Positions 26,734 through 36,254 are shown, numbered from the stretch's first letter. The stretch: 48,012 nt of DNA from a virus (IMGVR_UViG_3300037742_000067:1-48012), one strand, 5' to 3'. Made by a program: numbers and translations. The notes: generated from the letters alone by a model not told the origin.

Positions 26734-27195
26734 TTAACGACCTCCCATCCCTCGAGCGAGCATGGCCGCCATGGGGTTGGCCCCGGGAGCACCAGGTCCT
26801 CCCGCCATCGGCGGCATCCCCATCGGCCTACCCATCGGTCGGCCCATCCCGCCACCGGGAGGTCCACCGCCCATCGTGGGAAGACCGGGGCGCATCCCGC
26901 CCATCATCCCAGGGGGAGGACCTCCGCCCGGGGGACCACCCGGAGGCGGGCCCATGCCTGGCGGCGGACCCATCGGCGGAGGGCCGCCCATTCCGGGAGG
27001 GGGCATACCGGGGGGCGGCATCCCGGGCTGTCCCATTCCAGGAGGGGGCATTCCCGGAGGACCGCCGGGCGGCATACCAGGAGGGCCACCTGGCGGAGGG
27101 CCACCCATGCCGGGAGGTCCACCCATCGGAGGGCCACCTTGTCGCATCCAGGGAGGCATTCCTCCACCACCGCCGCCGGGGAAACCTTGCATCAT
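26734..27195 (-). CDS. Gly/Pro/Met low-complexity protein
   Basis: ATGA-coupled start with SD GGAG; stop abuts the next GTG; composition almost only G, P and M. Confidence 0.7.
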   Translation of the reverse strand: MMQGFPGGGGGGMPPWMRQGGPPMGGPPGMGGPPPGGPPGMPPGGPPGMPPPGMGQPGMPPPGMPPPGMGGPPPMGPPPGMGPPPGGPPGGGPPPGMMGGMRPGLPTMGGGPPGGGMGRPMGRPMGMPPMAGGPGAPGANPMAAMLARGMGGR

Positions 27196-27875
27196 AGACT
27201 CCGTTTTCTGGCGAGCATGGCCGCCATACCGTTATCTGTTGGGGCCATCAAACCAGGACCTGGAGGGGGCGCGCTCGCGCCGAGAAGGGCCGCCATCCCG
27301 CCCGTGTCTCCGGTGAGCATGGGGCCTGAAGAGCCCGACCCTGTCGGCGTCTCCCTGGGGATGAAGATAGGAGGGGTCCCTCCCTGGCCGCTCGTTCCAC
27401 CGTTGGCCGTCTTCGCTCGAGCTGCCGCGTCCATCGCGCGCCTCTGCGCTTCCCATTCCGCCTGCGTCCACCCATTCGGCGGAGCGTCGCTCGGAACAGG
27501 GCCGCCCGTGCGCGGATCGACCGGGGTCCGCGTCCCGTCAGGTTTGGCGTAGCCGCCGCCGGGGTCGCCGAGCGTCCCGCTGGTCGGACCGGCCGGACCG
27601 GAACCGGCGCCGCCGTACATGGCCTGCATCATGTTCCCAGCGCCCTGGTAAGACGAGAGCTGCTGGGACATGGCTTTCATCCGAGCGTCGGCCTGGTCAG
27701 GCCGGTACGCGCCGTAGGCAGAGGCGGCCTTCTGCATGTCGGCGATCTTCTGCGCCCCCGCCGCCTGAACGCCACCTACCCCAGAGTCGCCCGGGAAAAG
27801 CTGCTTTCCAATGCCGACGACGGCAGGGATCGCCGCCGCCACCGCTGCAATGATCGCCGCTGTCTCCAGTCCCAT
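27192..27875 (-). CDS. Small ejection protein (positional analogue of P22 gp7 / T7 gp14)
   Basis: MGLETAAIIAAVAAAIPAVVGIG N-terminus; directly follows the nozzle gene. Confidence 0.65.
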   Translation of the reverse strand: MGLETAAIIAAVAAAIPAVVGIGKQLFPGDSGVGGVQAAGAQKIADMQKAASAYGAYRPDQADARMKAMSQQLSSYQGAGNMMQAMYGGAGSGPAGPTSGTLGDPGGGYAKPDGTRTPVDPRTGGPVPSDAPPNGWTQAEWEAQRRAMDAAARAKTANGGTSGQGGTPPIFIPRETPTGSGSSGPMLTGDTGGMAALLGASAPPPGPGLMAPTDNGMAAMLARKRSL

Positions 27876-27883
27876 GGGGGCTC

Positions 27884-29329
27884 CTACACGCCGAGAACGT
27901 CGAACTCTTCGGTCACACTCACCAGCGACACCTGACTCGTCCCGCTGAATTCAAACTGCCACTGTCTGAAGCGATAGACCCCCAGTGAGGGGTAAGTTAG
28001 CACGATCTCCGTATCGCCAGAACTGCCGAAGTCGATGGGGATCTGCCCCTCCCACTCTCCAGGACGGTCCCGCCACCGGAGGAACCCAGCCTCGCCCGAT
28101 GTCCCCTCGCCACGGCGGAGCGCCACACGGACACGGAGGCAGTGCTTCTGGGCGTTGGTCCCCCGGTTGTCGTAGCCCGTGGTGACCCTGGCCACGATGG
28201 GATCGCCGAAGTCGGTGGCAGCTGAAAGGGAGAACTCCCCCACCCGTCCCGTGGAGGTGGCGACGAGAACGGTGCCGTCGATGGGCGAGGAGAATACCGC
28301 TTCGGCGGAGAACGCCGCCCAGTTGCCATTGGCCCATCCGGCCCACTGCCCCCACCCAACTTCCTTCTGGTAGACGAAGGTCCTGCCGTCCGTTGGGAAT
28401 CCCCAGCAGAAAGCGTCGAGGAATCCGAGCGAGACGCTGTAGCCAAAGGCATCGGCGCTGGTCGACATGCCGTCGAGCGTCGTCTGGATGCCGGCCGACT
28501 CCACCTCGTAGCCCCTGCCACCGGACTTCACGATGCGCCGCTTGTGGTCAATCCAATGGAACGCCTCGTCGTCTTTGACGATGGAGTATGGCGCCCCGCA
28601 CCCGAGCTCCACCGCTGCCACGGGAGAGAAGATGGATACCTCGTCGGCCGTGAACGTCTGGAGCGTCGTCTGCCCGAACACCCACGCTTCGCCCGCGTTC
28701 TCGGCAATGGCGACAACGTCGTCAGGTCTCACTTCCGCCGTGAAGTACCCGCTCGTTCCTACGCCTCCGAGCGACCACACTTCGTGGCCCGCGTACGTGC
28801 TCGTCCCGAGGGCGACGTCGGAATAGCGGACCTTCGTCTTGTCGTCCTGCACGTCGTTCAGGAGCAGCCGGTTGCTGAGCCCAATCACGTGCGTCGAGAC
28901 GGGAGGTGAGCCGCCGAGTCGACCGCTCACATGCGTGGCCAGCTCGATCTTCTCCGGCTCTCGGCCGCCCGCGATAACGAGAAGCATCTCCGTTTCGGCG
29001 AAGGTCGGGCGCGCGTCCCCGCGCAGCCCGTGCGGCGGAACACCAGAACCGATGGCGGCGAACCCGCCTGGCGTGATCTGGTAGATAGGGCGCTCTCCGA
29101 CGCCGTACCCAACGGCGTAGATGACTCCCGCTTTCGTCATGTAGATGCCGGAGAGACCCTCCGCGTCGATCACCTCCGACGTCATGAGCGACGACGCTTG
29201 CATCCCCGGGCGGCGACGCATGACCCCCTTGCCGTCCACGATGACGTTGAACGCCTGAGGCGAGGCTCCGCCAATCTCGTCGTAGGACGACTCCTGGAGG
29301 TTGGCGAACGGGATGACGGCTTCGGTCAT
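27884..29329 (-). CDS. Tail nozzle / DNA stabilisation protein (P22 gp10-like)
   Basis: RRRPG N-terminus; YFTAE.RPD.VV, WVFG..T, GCGAP.S, SLG.YR.R.W. Confidence 0.8.
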   Translation of the reverse strand: MTEAVIPFANLQESSYDEIGGASPQAFNVIVDGKGVMRRRPGMQASSLMTSEVIDAEGLSGIYMTKAGVIYAVGYGVGERPIYQITPGGFAAIGSGVPPHGLRGDARPTFAETEMLLVIAGGREPEKIELATHVSGRLGGSPPVSTHVIGLSNRLLLNDVQDDKTKVRYSDVALGTSTYAGHEVWSLGGVGTSGYFTAEVRPDDVVAIAENAGEAWVFGQTTLQTFTADEVSIFSPVAAVELGCGAPYSIVKDDEAFHWIDHKRRIVKSGGRGYEVESAGIQTTLDGMSTSADAFGYSVSLGFLDAFCWGFPTDGRTFVYQKEVGWGQWAGWANGNWAAFSAEAVFSSPIDGTVLVATSTGRVGEFSLSAATDFGDPIVARVTTGYDNRGTNAQKHCLRVRVALRRGEGTSGEAGFLRWRDRPGEWEGQIPIDFGSSGDTEIVLTYPSLGVYRFRQWQFEFSGTSQVSLVSVTEEFDVLGV

Positions 29330-30957
29330 GGCGTCTGATTCACCGAACTTCCAACGAGAACCCAGTCGCTCGCGGTGCCGACGTGGACGCTCACGAAGGT
29401 GTAATGCGACACGCTCGAGGCGTTTACCGTGAACGTCGTCAGACCCTTCACGTCACCGCCCATGGTGATGGTCCCGCCGCCAGCCCCGTGGTTGTTGTGG
29501 TACGAGAGCGTGAAGAACCGGTTGGGGGCGCCGGGCGTGTCGAGCGTGACGGTTTGCACGCCGTTGTTCGTTCGGACGACTTGCGCCGTCGCGTACTGGT
29601 CAGCCGACACCGAGATCGCGGCATCGTCGCTGGCAACGTAGTACCTGCCGCGTTCGCGGCGGAGACTCAGCTCCTCGAAGTAGGTGGCGGCCGAGGGCGA
29701 TGACGAGCCCGACGGCTGCACCACCGACGTGCCCCAGACGTTGCCGATGTCGAGAAGCCCGCGCCTACTCGCCGACGCCGCGGAGCCGGCCCGATAGGTG
29801 AGTGTACCGCCAGCGGGGTTTTTCCCGATGCACCCAATGATGAATGCCACGTTCCCGGCGCCCAAGTCGTTGGGGCCGAGCGTGCAAAGCGTGGCTGTGC
29901 CGGCCGACATTCCCGACGTGTTGAACTTGCAGAAGAGAAACCCTCCCGCCGACAGAGACGCCAACGTTCCGCCCGCCGTCGCTGGCAGGATCAGCTCGCA
30001 TCCAACGAGCACGACGTGGCTCACGCCGCCCGTGTCGAGCAGCCATGATCCAGTGGTAGAGCCGCACTTGAAAACGCAGTTGTAGAACCACACAACCGTG
30101 TCCGAATCGTTGAACCGCACGGCGCTGGACGTCATCGCGGTGTCGCCGATCACGCAGTTGCGGAATACTACAAGGTTGCCTGTCTCTATCTTGATGAGAA
30201 CCGCCGAGTGGCCAGCGGACGTGTCGATGCGAAGACCTTCCACCGTCTGCCACTGCGTCGACACCTCAAACTCGAGGCTCGTGTTGACGCTGCCCATCAT
30301 GAGGCGCGACGCGCCTGGACCGGCCCCCAGCAGCGAAACGCCCGCTGGAATGGTGAGCGTCGAATTGTGCCGGTAGGTCCCTTTCGGGAAGAAGACGATT
30401 CCTCCGCCGGCAGCTTCCGCGGCGTCGATGGCGCCCTGAATCGCGGCCGAGTCGTTCGTCGTCCCGTCGCCGGTCGCCCCATAGGCGATGTCCTTCACGC
30501 TGAAGAAGAGGGAGCCGATGGCCCCGAGCGCCGACTGGAGCGTTGTCGCGACACCGCCAACGAGCACCTTGAAGTCGGGCGCCCCGGCATTGGTGGTCCA
30601 AAGGTCGAATATTGCTTTGAGCGTTGTGGGCTCGCTAAGACCGGTCTGACCCGTCTCGTAGTCCGTCCCGGTGAAGCTCGATGAGATGACCTCAACGGCC
30701 GAGGCGTTGGGCGATGCGACGAACCGCCTAACCTCTGTCCCGGTCGCGTCCTTGACGACGACCATGGCCGTCTCGTTCACGTAGAAGACGCCACCGCCGT
30801 TCTCGTCGAGCGCCACGGAACCAATCGGCGTCGTGCCGCCGTCGCCCTCGAACGTTTCGTAGTAGATGATCCGCGTCGATGTCCCGCGACGGTAGAAGTC
30901 GACAGAGCCCGACTCCGCTCCACGGATACCAACCACGAGAGGTTCGATGAGGTGCAT
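29326..30957 (-). CDS. Tailspike (virion-attachment domain plus pectate-lyase-like beta-helix)
   Basis: SVKDIAYGATGDGTTNDSAAIQGAID...GGIVFFPKGTY. Confidence 0.85.
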   Translation of the reverse strand: MHLIEPLVVGIRGAESGSVDFYRRGTSTRIIYYETFEGDGGTTPIGSVALDENGGGVFYVNETAMVVVKDATGTEVRRFVASPNASAVEVISSSFTGTDYETGQTGLSEPTTLKAIFDLWTTNAGAPDFKVLVGGVATTLQSALGAIGSLFFSVKDIAYGATGDGTTNDSAAIQGAIDAAEAAGGGIVFFPKGTYRHNSTLTIPAGVSLLGAGPGASRLMMGSVNTSLEFEVSTQWQTVEGLRIDTSAGHSAVLIKIETGNLVVFRNCVIGDTAMTSSAVRFNDSDTVVWFYNCVFKCGSTTGSWLLDTGGVSHVVLVGCELILPATAGGTLASLSAGGFLFCKFNTSGMSAGTATLCTLGPNDLGAGNVAFIIGCIGKNPAGGTLTYRAGSAASASRRGLLDIGNVWGTSVVQPSGSSSPSAATYFEELSLRRERGRYYVASDDAAISVSADQYATAQVVRTNNGVQTVTLDTPGAPNRFFTLSYHNNHGAGGGTITMGGDVKGLTTFTVNASSVSHYTFVSVHVGTASDWVLVGSSVNQTP

Positions 30958-30958
30958 G

Positions 30959-31786
30959 CTAAATCACAATCCTGCCACCGCCCGTAACTGTCCCGTCTGT
31001 GACCCACGTGCGCGTCGCCGGAAGCGAGAGCGTCGCCCCGAGCAGGCGGTTGACGCCGACCCCTCGGATTGTCTCCGTCGACCCGGCCGCCGTGATGGTG
31101 ACGGCCGATCCTCCGCTCCACCCGTAGAGCCCATTCGAGAACGTTGAACCGTCGAGCCGCACGTGCGCCGTGTGGGACGTTCCTGATATGCCAACGAGCG
31201 GCTGGGACGACGTGGATGTCCCTGTCGAGATCATGGTGCAGTTGATGAACTCGAAGGTGGACTCGGTCCCGGTCGCTGGAATGGTGATGACCGCAGCCGC
31301 GTCGAACACGTTCGCTTCGAAGTAGCACCCGACGAAGCGAAGGTTGCCCTGGCCGTTGCTGAACTTGGTCGCCGAGCAGCTCTGCGTCTGAGCGGGGAAG
31401 TAGATGTTCCTGAACTCAACGCAGATTCCGGCCGTGTTGATGGTGAAGAGGGACGCGGCGGCGGAGTTGTTGATGAGCTGCGGGGCAGGCTTTCCGCTCG
31501 TCGTTCCGCACCCGACGATGGTGAGGGACTTGGTGATGGTGATGGCCGACGTGCGCGTCTCGGTGTGCGCCGAGAGCAGGTAGATGAGGTCCCCGCTCGC
31601 CGCATTCGTGTTGGCCTGGTTCAGCGTGTCGAGCGGCTCGTTCTTCAGTCTCCCAGCAGGCGACGCCGCGTCGGTGCCGGTCGTCGACTGGACGAACCAG
31701 ATGTTCCCCGAGGCGTAGATGGGGGACAACGTCGCGAGGTCATCCCCGACCGACTCCCCTACGCCGCCTGCCCAGAAGTTACTCAT
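30959..31786 (-). CDS. Beta-helix virion protein
   Basis: IWFV.S..G...PL.TL.QA..A.SGD.I...H.E; start reassigned to ATG 31786. Confidence 0.7.
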   Translation of the reverse strand: MSNFWAGGVGESVGDDLATLSPIYASGNIWFVQSTTGTDAASPAGRLKNEPLDTLNQANTNAASGDLIYLLSAHTETRTSAITITKSLTIVGCGTTSGKPAPQLINNSAAASLFTINTAGICVEFRNIYFPAQTQSCSATKFSNGQGNLRFVGCYFEANVFDAAAVITIPATGTESTFEFINCTMISTGTSTSSQPLVGISGTSHTAHVRLDGSTFSNGLYGWSGGSAVTITAAGSTETIRGVGVNRLLGATLSLPATRTWVTDGTVTGGGRIVI

Positions 31787-32484
31787 CGTGACCTCCCGTG
31801 ACGAATCACGATCTGCTGGTTGGTGCTCGGGTTCGCCTTGCCGCGGCACTTCTGGAGGGCGCGCTCGGCCTTCCTCTCGAGGTTCTGCGTCCTGTCGAGC
31901 CCGAGCCCAGAGGACCCTGCCAGCTTCTCAGCGAGTCTCAGTACGAAGTACTCTGTCCAGAACCGCTCGGCGTCCGGGGTGACCGTGGAGGTGGTCACGT
32001 CGGCCCGCAGGCGCCTGCTCTGGAGCCGTACCGTCCCTCCAGCTTCCGATGTCCCAGGGGTCGGCCAGAGCCACACCTCCACCGTCGAGGAGGAGCGGTG
32101 GGCGTAGTACTCGGATGGAGGCCCGCCTTCCACCCGGACCCCTTTGCCCTGCCACATCTCCCGCGAGATGGGCATGACGGGGAGCTCCGACTCCGTCTGA
32201 CCCGCGGCGATATACGCGCCGTTGCCGTGGACGTCGAGGGTGGAGGTGTCGAGGGCGTACTCGCTCGTCCCAGCCACGAGGGTGACGGTCTCGAACTCCA
32301 CCGACCGGGCGAATAGGCCCTCGGTCTCGGCCGAGTGGACGATGACCTGGAAGAAGTCCATGGCCGCCGCGGCCTGCTGCGCGGTCATGTCCTGGTAGAC
32401 GTTGAGCAGCGCCGCCTCCCGGTAGGCCAGGCGGCAGATTTGCCCAACGTTGAACTCGTGGGTGCGGCTCGCGCTGATCGTCAC
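31783..32484 (-). CDS. Head-tail adaptor protein
   Basis: IC..AY...G/A, TLVAG..EY.L, G.P..YY, VWLWP.P, LA.KLA; gene position. Confidence 0.7.
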   Translation of the reverse strand: MTISASRTHEFNVGQICRLAYREAALLNVYQDMTAQQAAAAMDFFQVIVHSAETEGLFARSVEFETVTLVAGTSEYALDTSTLDVHGNGAYIAAGQTESELPVMPISREMWQGKGVRVEGGPPSEYYAHRSSSTVEVWLWPTPGTSEAGGTVRLQSRRLRADVTTSTVTPDAERFWTEYFVLRLAEKLAGSSGLGLDRTQNLERKAERALQKCRGKANPSTNQQIVIRHGRSR

Positions 32485-32759
32485 AGCGTGCCCTCCAGAA
32501 GGGTCTCGAGCGTGACCACGCCCGCCGTGTCCTCTCGCGGAAACCGCCCACCGTCATTCATTGCCGGCTGGAGCTGGTTGGCCGCTGCTGCTGCGTTTGC
32601 CTGGTCAAGCTCCATCGGCTCTCGCCCATCCTCGAACTCGCAGCGGAGGAGACCTTGCGCGTCCCGCGTGAGTTCCGAACGGAGACGAGGCTCCATGCAG
32701 TAATCACAGCGGGACGCGAAATCCCCAGCTTCTGCTCCGTGACCGATGTGCCTAGGCAT
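32481..32759 (-). CDS. Small CxxC protein of the head module
   Basis: RCDYC...SEL.....GLL.C. Confidence 0.7.
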   Translation of the reverse strand: MPRHIGHGAEAGDFASRCDYCMEPRLRSELTRDAQGLLRCEFEDGREPMELDQANAAAAANQLQPAMNDGGRFPREDTAGVVTLETLLEGTL

Positions 32760-32800
32760 GATGGCTCCCTAGGCCCCAAGGGTTGGAGCCCGCTATGAGG

Positions 32801-33127
32801 TCACTTGGAGAAGACGAAGTAGTGGTTCGTGGTGTCCCCGAAGCAGCCGATGACCGTAGCCCCAGACGCCTGCTTGGCGTTCAGGTAGTCCGCCATCGAT
32901 TCGGCTAGACTCGCCGGCTGGTGCCGGAACTTGGCCATGAGCTCGTTACAGGTCTTGTGCTCGACGGTCACGAGAGCCTTCGGCTGAACCTTGGGCTCCT
33001 TGGCGAGCTGAGCCGCAGTGAACTGCTCAAAAACCTGCGGCTCCACCTTGTGCTCGACGTGCTTCTCTTCGTGAGCGGACTTCGGCTGGGCCTTCTCTTC
33101 GTGCTTGTGGTCTTTGAAAGTGCTCAT
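32801..33127 (-). CDS. Hypothetical protein with His/Lys/Glu-rich N-terminus
   Basis: High GC3; located in the structural operon. Confidence 0.7.
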   Translation of the reverse strand: MSTFKDHKHEEKAQPKSAHEEKHVEHKVEPQVFEQFTAAQLAKEPKVQPKALVTVEHKTCNELMAKFRHQPASLAESMADYLNAKQASGATVIGCFGDTTNHYFVFSK

Positions 33128-33240
33128 TTAGACATCACCCTAATTCGACACGCACCGCCCACGGCCACCTTGAAGTACCTGCCGGCACGCCCGTCAACTT
33201 TGAGCGTGCCAGCGAGCGTCCCTAGATCGATTTTATCCAT
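33124..33240 (-). CDS. 38-aa mini-ORF coupled at both ends (not in the ORF track)
   Basis: TGATG and ATGA overlaps; MDKIDLGTLAGTLKVDGRAGRYFKVAVGGACRIRVMSK. Confidence 0.45.
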   Translation of the reverse strand: MDKIDLGTLAGTLKVDGRAGRYFKVAVGGACRIRVMSK

Positions 33241-34187
33241 CAGGAGTCAACGGCCGGGGTGACGAGACCAGACGTTCCCTTGGTGGGCGTCGAGTAGTTC
33301 TCGTTGAATACGTACAGGGAACTTGAGCCGGTGATCAGGACGCCTGTCACAGCCGGCCCCGCGCCGCCAGACCCGAGCTTGCAGCCGAAGCGGTTGTTCA
33401 CGCAGAGCCCATCCGAGGCCACGTCAGCGAAGTGAACGCAAACCGTTGACGCGGTGTGGGTGTTGTAGAGGTAGTTGTCGGCGATGAGCCCGTTCAGCGA
33501 CGCCCCAGCGATACTGAAGATGCCCTTGGTGACCGCAGTCGAGGAGCAGATCGCCACGTTGCCGATGAGGCGGTTGTTGACGGTCGCGCCCTTGATCGCA
33601 AGGACGTCGTCCGACTGGTGCGTGGCCGTTCCGTAGATGTAGTTCGACGCGAAGGTGAAGTTGTCTGCACCCGTGTCGGTCTCCATCAGGATGGTTGCCT
33701 TGAGCGACGCGCCGGTCGCCTGAACGATCTCGTTGTCGAGGAACGTGCAGCCCGCCCCGGTGACCAGGATGCCCTTCACGACGACCGCGCCGCAGACCGC
33801 GAGCTTGCAGCCCGTGACCGTGACGTTGGCGACGTTGATGGCCCACTGGCTCGAGGTGGCGGACCAGGTGAAGGTCGGCGTCGCCGTCCCGCACTTGACG
33901 CCGATGAGGCGCGTCCCGGCAACCCAGGTCGGGGTCGTCGTCACGTTCTCGGCATGACCGGGGAGCGCAACGATGGTGTCCCCTGCCCCCGAGCGGACCC
34001 GGGCGAGCGCCTGGGCCAGGGTGGTGACCAGGTTATTGCCGATGGTGATGTCGTCGCCCGACTGCGCCCCGGTGGAGCGAAGATAGGCAGCGACGCGACC
34101 GCCGGGAGGGAGGGTGATTCCCCAGGGAGTGCGCATCCCCGGGAAGTGCGAGACGACGGGGAGGTCAGATACGAGTTGAGTCGACAT
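33240..34187 (-). CDS. Beta-helix capsid-associated protein
   Basis: TL.QAL....SG.GD.I..LPGH.E followed by N-ladder repeats; directly after the major capsid gene. Confidence 0.7.
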   Translation of the reverse strand: MSTQLVSDLPVVSHFPGMRTPWGITLPPGGRVAAYLRSTGAQSGDDITIGNNLVTTLAQALARVRSGAGDTIVALPGHAENVTTTPTWVAGTRLIGVKCGTATPTFTWSATSSQWAINVANVTVTGCKLAVCGAVVVKGILVTGAGCTFLDNEIVQATGASLKATILMETDTGADNFTFASNYIYGTATHQSDDVLAIKGATVNNRLIGNVAICSSTAVTKGIFSIAGASLNGLIADNYLYNTHTASTVCVHFADVASDGLCVNNRFGCKLGSGGAGPAVTGVLITGSSSLYVFNENYSTPTKGTSGLVTPAVDS

Positions 34188-34196
34188 GGTTTCCTC

Positions 34197-35108
34197 TCAG
34201 GCTCCCGACCAAATGCCGCAGCGAGCATCCGACCACCTGCGCGCGTAGCGCGTGTGGATCTGATGGTAGAGCAGTTGCTGGTTGTCCATCGTCCAGGTAT
34301 CCGACTTGGGCTTCTTGCGGAACTTCCACTTGAAGCCATCCGGCGCGTCCGTCATCCCCATCCAGTTGGTGGTGGTGTTCGTCCACTGGCGGACACAGAC
34401 GAGGTCGATGTCCATGTCGTGGTCGATGACGTTGATCGCGTTGTACTCCCCAGCTTCGGGAGCGTGGGTCGAGTTCACGAGGCGCGACCAGAGAAAGCGC
34501 TGGTCGACCGGGTGAATGACCTTCTTGATGAGGTAGCCCTCTCGCGTGCCGTCGTGGCCCGGAAGCTTGTCCGCTTGGGTCTGGGCGAGGGTGAGGCCCA
34601 TCGTCGAAGGGGCCATCGGAGTCGCCATGGTGTTCGAGAACGTTCCGCCGCCCGGTAGGGTATGCGAAGCGCTCGCGAAGGAGACGCCGTCGCCGCCGAC
34701 GTAGAGCGAACTCTCCGCCCGAGCGAGCTGCAAAGCGCCGTCGATGTCCATGGTCTTCCAGAGCGCCCTGGTGCAGCGTGCGCCGGCCTGGATGATCTTG
34801 TCGTACTTGTTGTCGTCGACCGCCTCTTGCGTGACGATCATCTTGATGCCGAACTTCCGAGCCATGTACCGGGTGAAGGACCCCGGGGTGAGCGTCCCGA
34901 CCGGGAACTCGGTGGCCTCGCCAGTCTCCGAGGCGAGCCCGGCAAAGCCGTACTCCGCATCGTCCTCGTAGGCGTCGGACATGTTCGACACCTTGTAGTA
35001 TTTCTTGAACTGGGCCTTGTCTTCGTACTCGGCCTTGTCCGTGATGATCGACTCGAGCGTCTCTTGGAGACCCCGGAAGACCGTAGATTGCGATGCGAAT
35101 GTGGCCAT
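34197..35108 (-). CDS. Major capsid protein (HK97 fold)
   Basis: AYE.D..Y.F.GLA.E.GE, T.RY...KF.....VTQEA..DNKY, DGV.F.SASH. Confidence 0.85.
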   Translation of the reverse strand: MATFASQSTVFRGLQETLESIITDKAEYEDKAQFKKYYKVSNMSDAYEDDAEYGFAGLASETGEATEFPVGTLTPGSFTRYMARKFGIKMIVTQEAVDDNKYDKIIQAGARCTRALWKTMDIDGALQLARAESSLYVGGDGVSFASASHTLPGGGTFSNTMATPMAPSTMGLTLAQTQADKLPGHDGTREGYLIKKVIHPVDQRFLWSRLVNSTHAPEAGEYNAINVIDHDMDIDLVCVRQWTNTTTNWMGMTDAPDGFKWKFRKKPKSDTWTMDNQQLLYHQIHTRYARRWSDARCGIWSGA

Positions 35109-35112
35109 GGCC

Positions 35113-35736
35113 TTAGACTCCCGTGGTGGTGAAGGTCGGCAGGTAGGACTCGTTGACCGTCACGAGAAACGGGACGTAGTTCCCGGTGAAGTCGACCCCT
35201 GGACGCTTCAGGAAGTCCATGATCCGAAACTGGGCCGCGGTCGTCGCGTGCGTGGAGATGTCGAGCAGCGGGTGGGCGTACCCGGTCACCGCGGCATTGA
35301 TGAGGTCCGCGTTCTCGCCGATGAACGCCGTGTAGGCCGCCTGGGTCGTCGCGGTCGTCGCGTCGTCGCACATCGCCTGAAAGACCGTCCCGAAGGCCGG
35401 GATCACGTAGACGTAGGTCTCGCGGTCCAGGTTCGTGCTGTAGGCGCCCTGCCCGTAGGGGATGTGGTCGGAGATGTCCATCTCAGCGAGTGCCGAGTTG
35501 TAGAACGGGCCGACGTGGGACACGACGCCAGCTATGGTGGCGTCGCCGGCCACTGCCAGCTCGACCGTGCCATCGGTCGCCGGTTTGACGACGTCGCCCG
35601 GGCGGATGCCGACTTGGACGCCGCCGGGGGCCGCGCTGTACGCGCTCGCCAGTCGGTAGCGGATGGGCTTCGGTTGGTCTCCACCACTGAGGTTGGAGTG
35701 CCACCGAAAGCCGTAGTTGTAGGTATTGTCAGCCAT
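35113..35736 (-). CDS. Capsid cement/decoration protein
   Basis: MADNTYNYGFR...I.PGDVV; directly upstream of the capsid gene. Confidence 0.65.
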   Translation of the reverse strand: MADNTYNYGFRWHSNLSGGDQPKPIRYRLASAYSAAPGGVQVGIRPGDVVKPATDGTVELAVAGDATIAGVVSHVGPFYNSALAEMDISDHIPYGQGAYSTNLDRETYVYVIPAFGTVFQAMCDDATTATTQAAYTAFIGENADLINAAVTGYAHPLLDISTHATTAAQFRIMDFLKRPGVDFTGNYVPFLVTVNESYLPTFTTTGV

Positions 35737-35745
35737 AGCTTCCTC

Positions 35746-36201
35746 TCAGTAGCCTCGGGTGAGTGGTGTGGTTTCGTTGACCGCGTCGATGCTTTCCTGA
35801 CCGATCATGCCGCGCACGCCGTCAACCTTGGAGATCTCTCGGCGGGCAAAGTCTTTGTCGTAAATCTTGCGCTCGATGGCATCCATCTCGGCTTGCCCCG
35901 GGTCGAAGATTTCATCGGCGTACGACTCCTTGGACTTGCACATGAGGATGCTGCCGAACTGCATGATCGGCCCTTCCTTCGTGCTCTTGCCAAGTCGCAA
36001 GGGACGGGGTCCGCCCTCTGTCAGGATGACCTTCTCGTAGCCCATGCTCTCGTAGTAGAGAACATCGTGCATGCCGTGCTCGGGAGCCCACACGTAACGC
36101 ATCTCAGGGTCGGCGTCCTGGATGCGGGTCATCGCCTCCATCGGGTCGATGGGGCGGGCGCGGGGGTCGGTGCGCTTTACGGGCCGTTTCACTGTCGCCA
36201 T
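35746..36201 (-). CDS. Head-module protein
   Basis: DP.MRYVW...GYEKV...ILM.K; position between scaffold and cement genes. Confidence 0.7.
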   Translation of the reverse strand: MATVKRPVKRTDPRARPIDPMEAMTRIQDADPEMRYVWAPEHGMHDVLYYESMGYEKVILTEGGPRPLRLGKSTKEGPIMQFGSILMCKSKESYADEIFDPGQAEMDAIERKIYDKDFARREISKVDGVRGMIGQESIDAVNETTPLTRGY

Positions 36202-36254
36202 GAATGCTCCGTCTCCGACGCTTGCAGATCGTCGAATCTCTCCCGGAGCATTCA
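36201..36254 (-). promoter_or_regulatory. RBS-sequestering leader hairpin
   Basis: Perfect 11-bp stem TGAATGCTCCG/CGGAGCATTCA covers SD GGAG and the A of ATG; inner 5-bp stem. Confidence 0.65.

Noticed and set aside
26762-27316. + strand Gly/Pro/Ile ORF mirroring the G/P/M gene
   Set aside because: GGN and CCN codons are mutual reverse complements; only the - strand frame is coupled to the operon
32760-32800. Alternative GGCUCC pairing with GGGGCC or the SD GGAGCC as an RNA switch
   Set aside because: Stems are short in GC-rich DNA and could be chance; no further support
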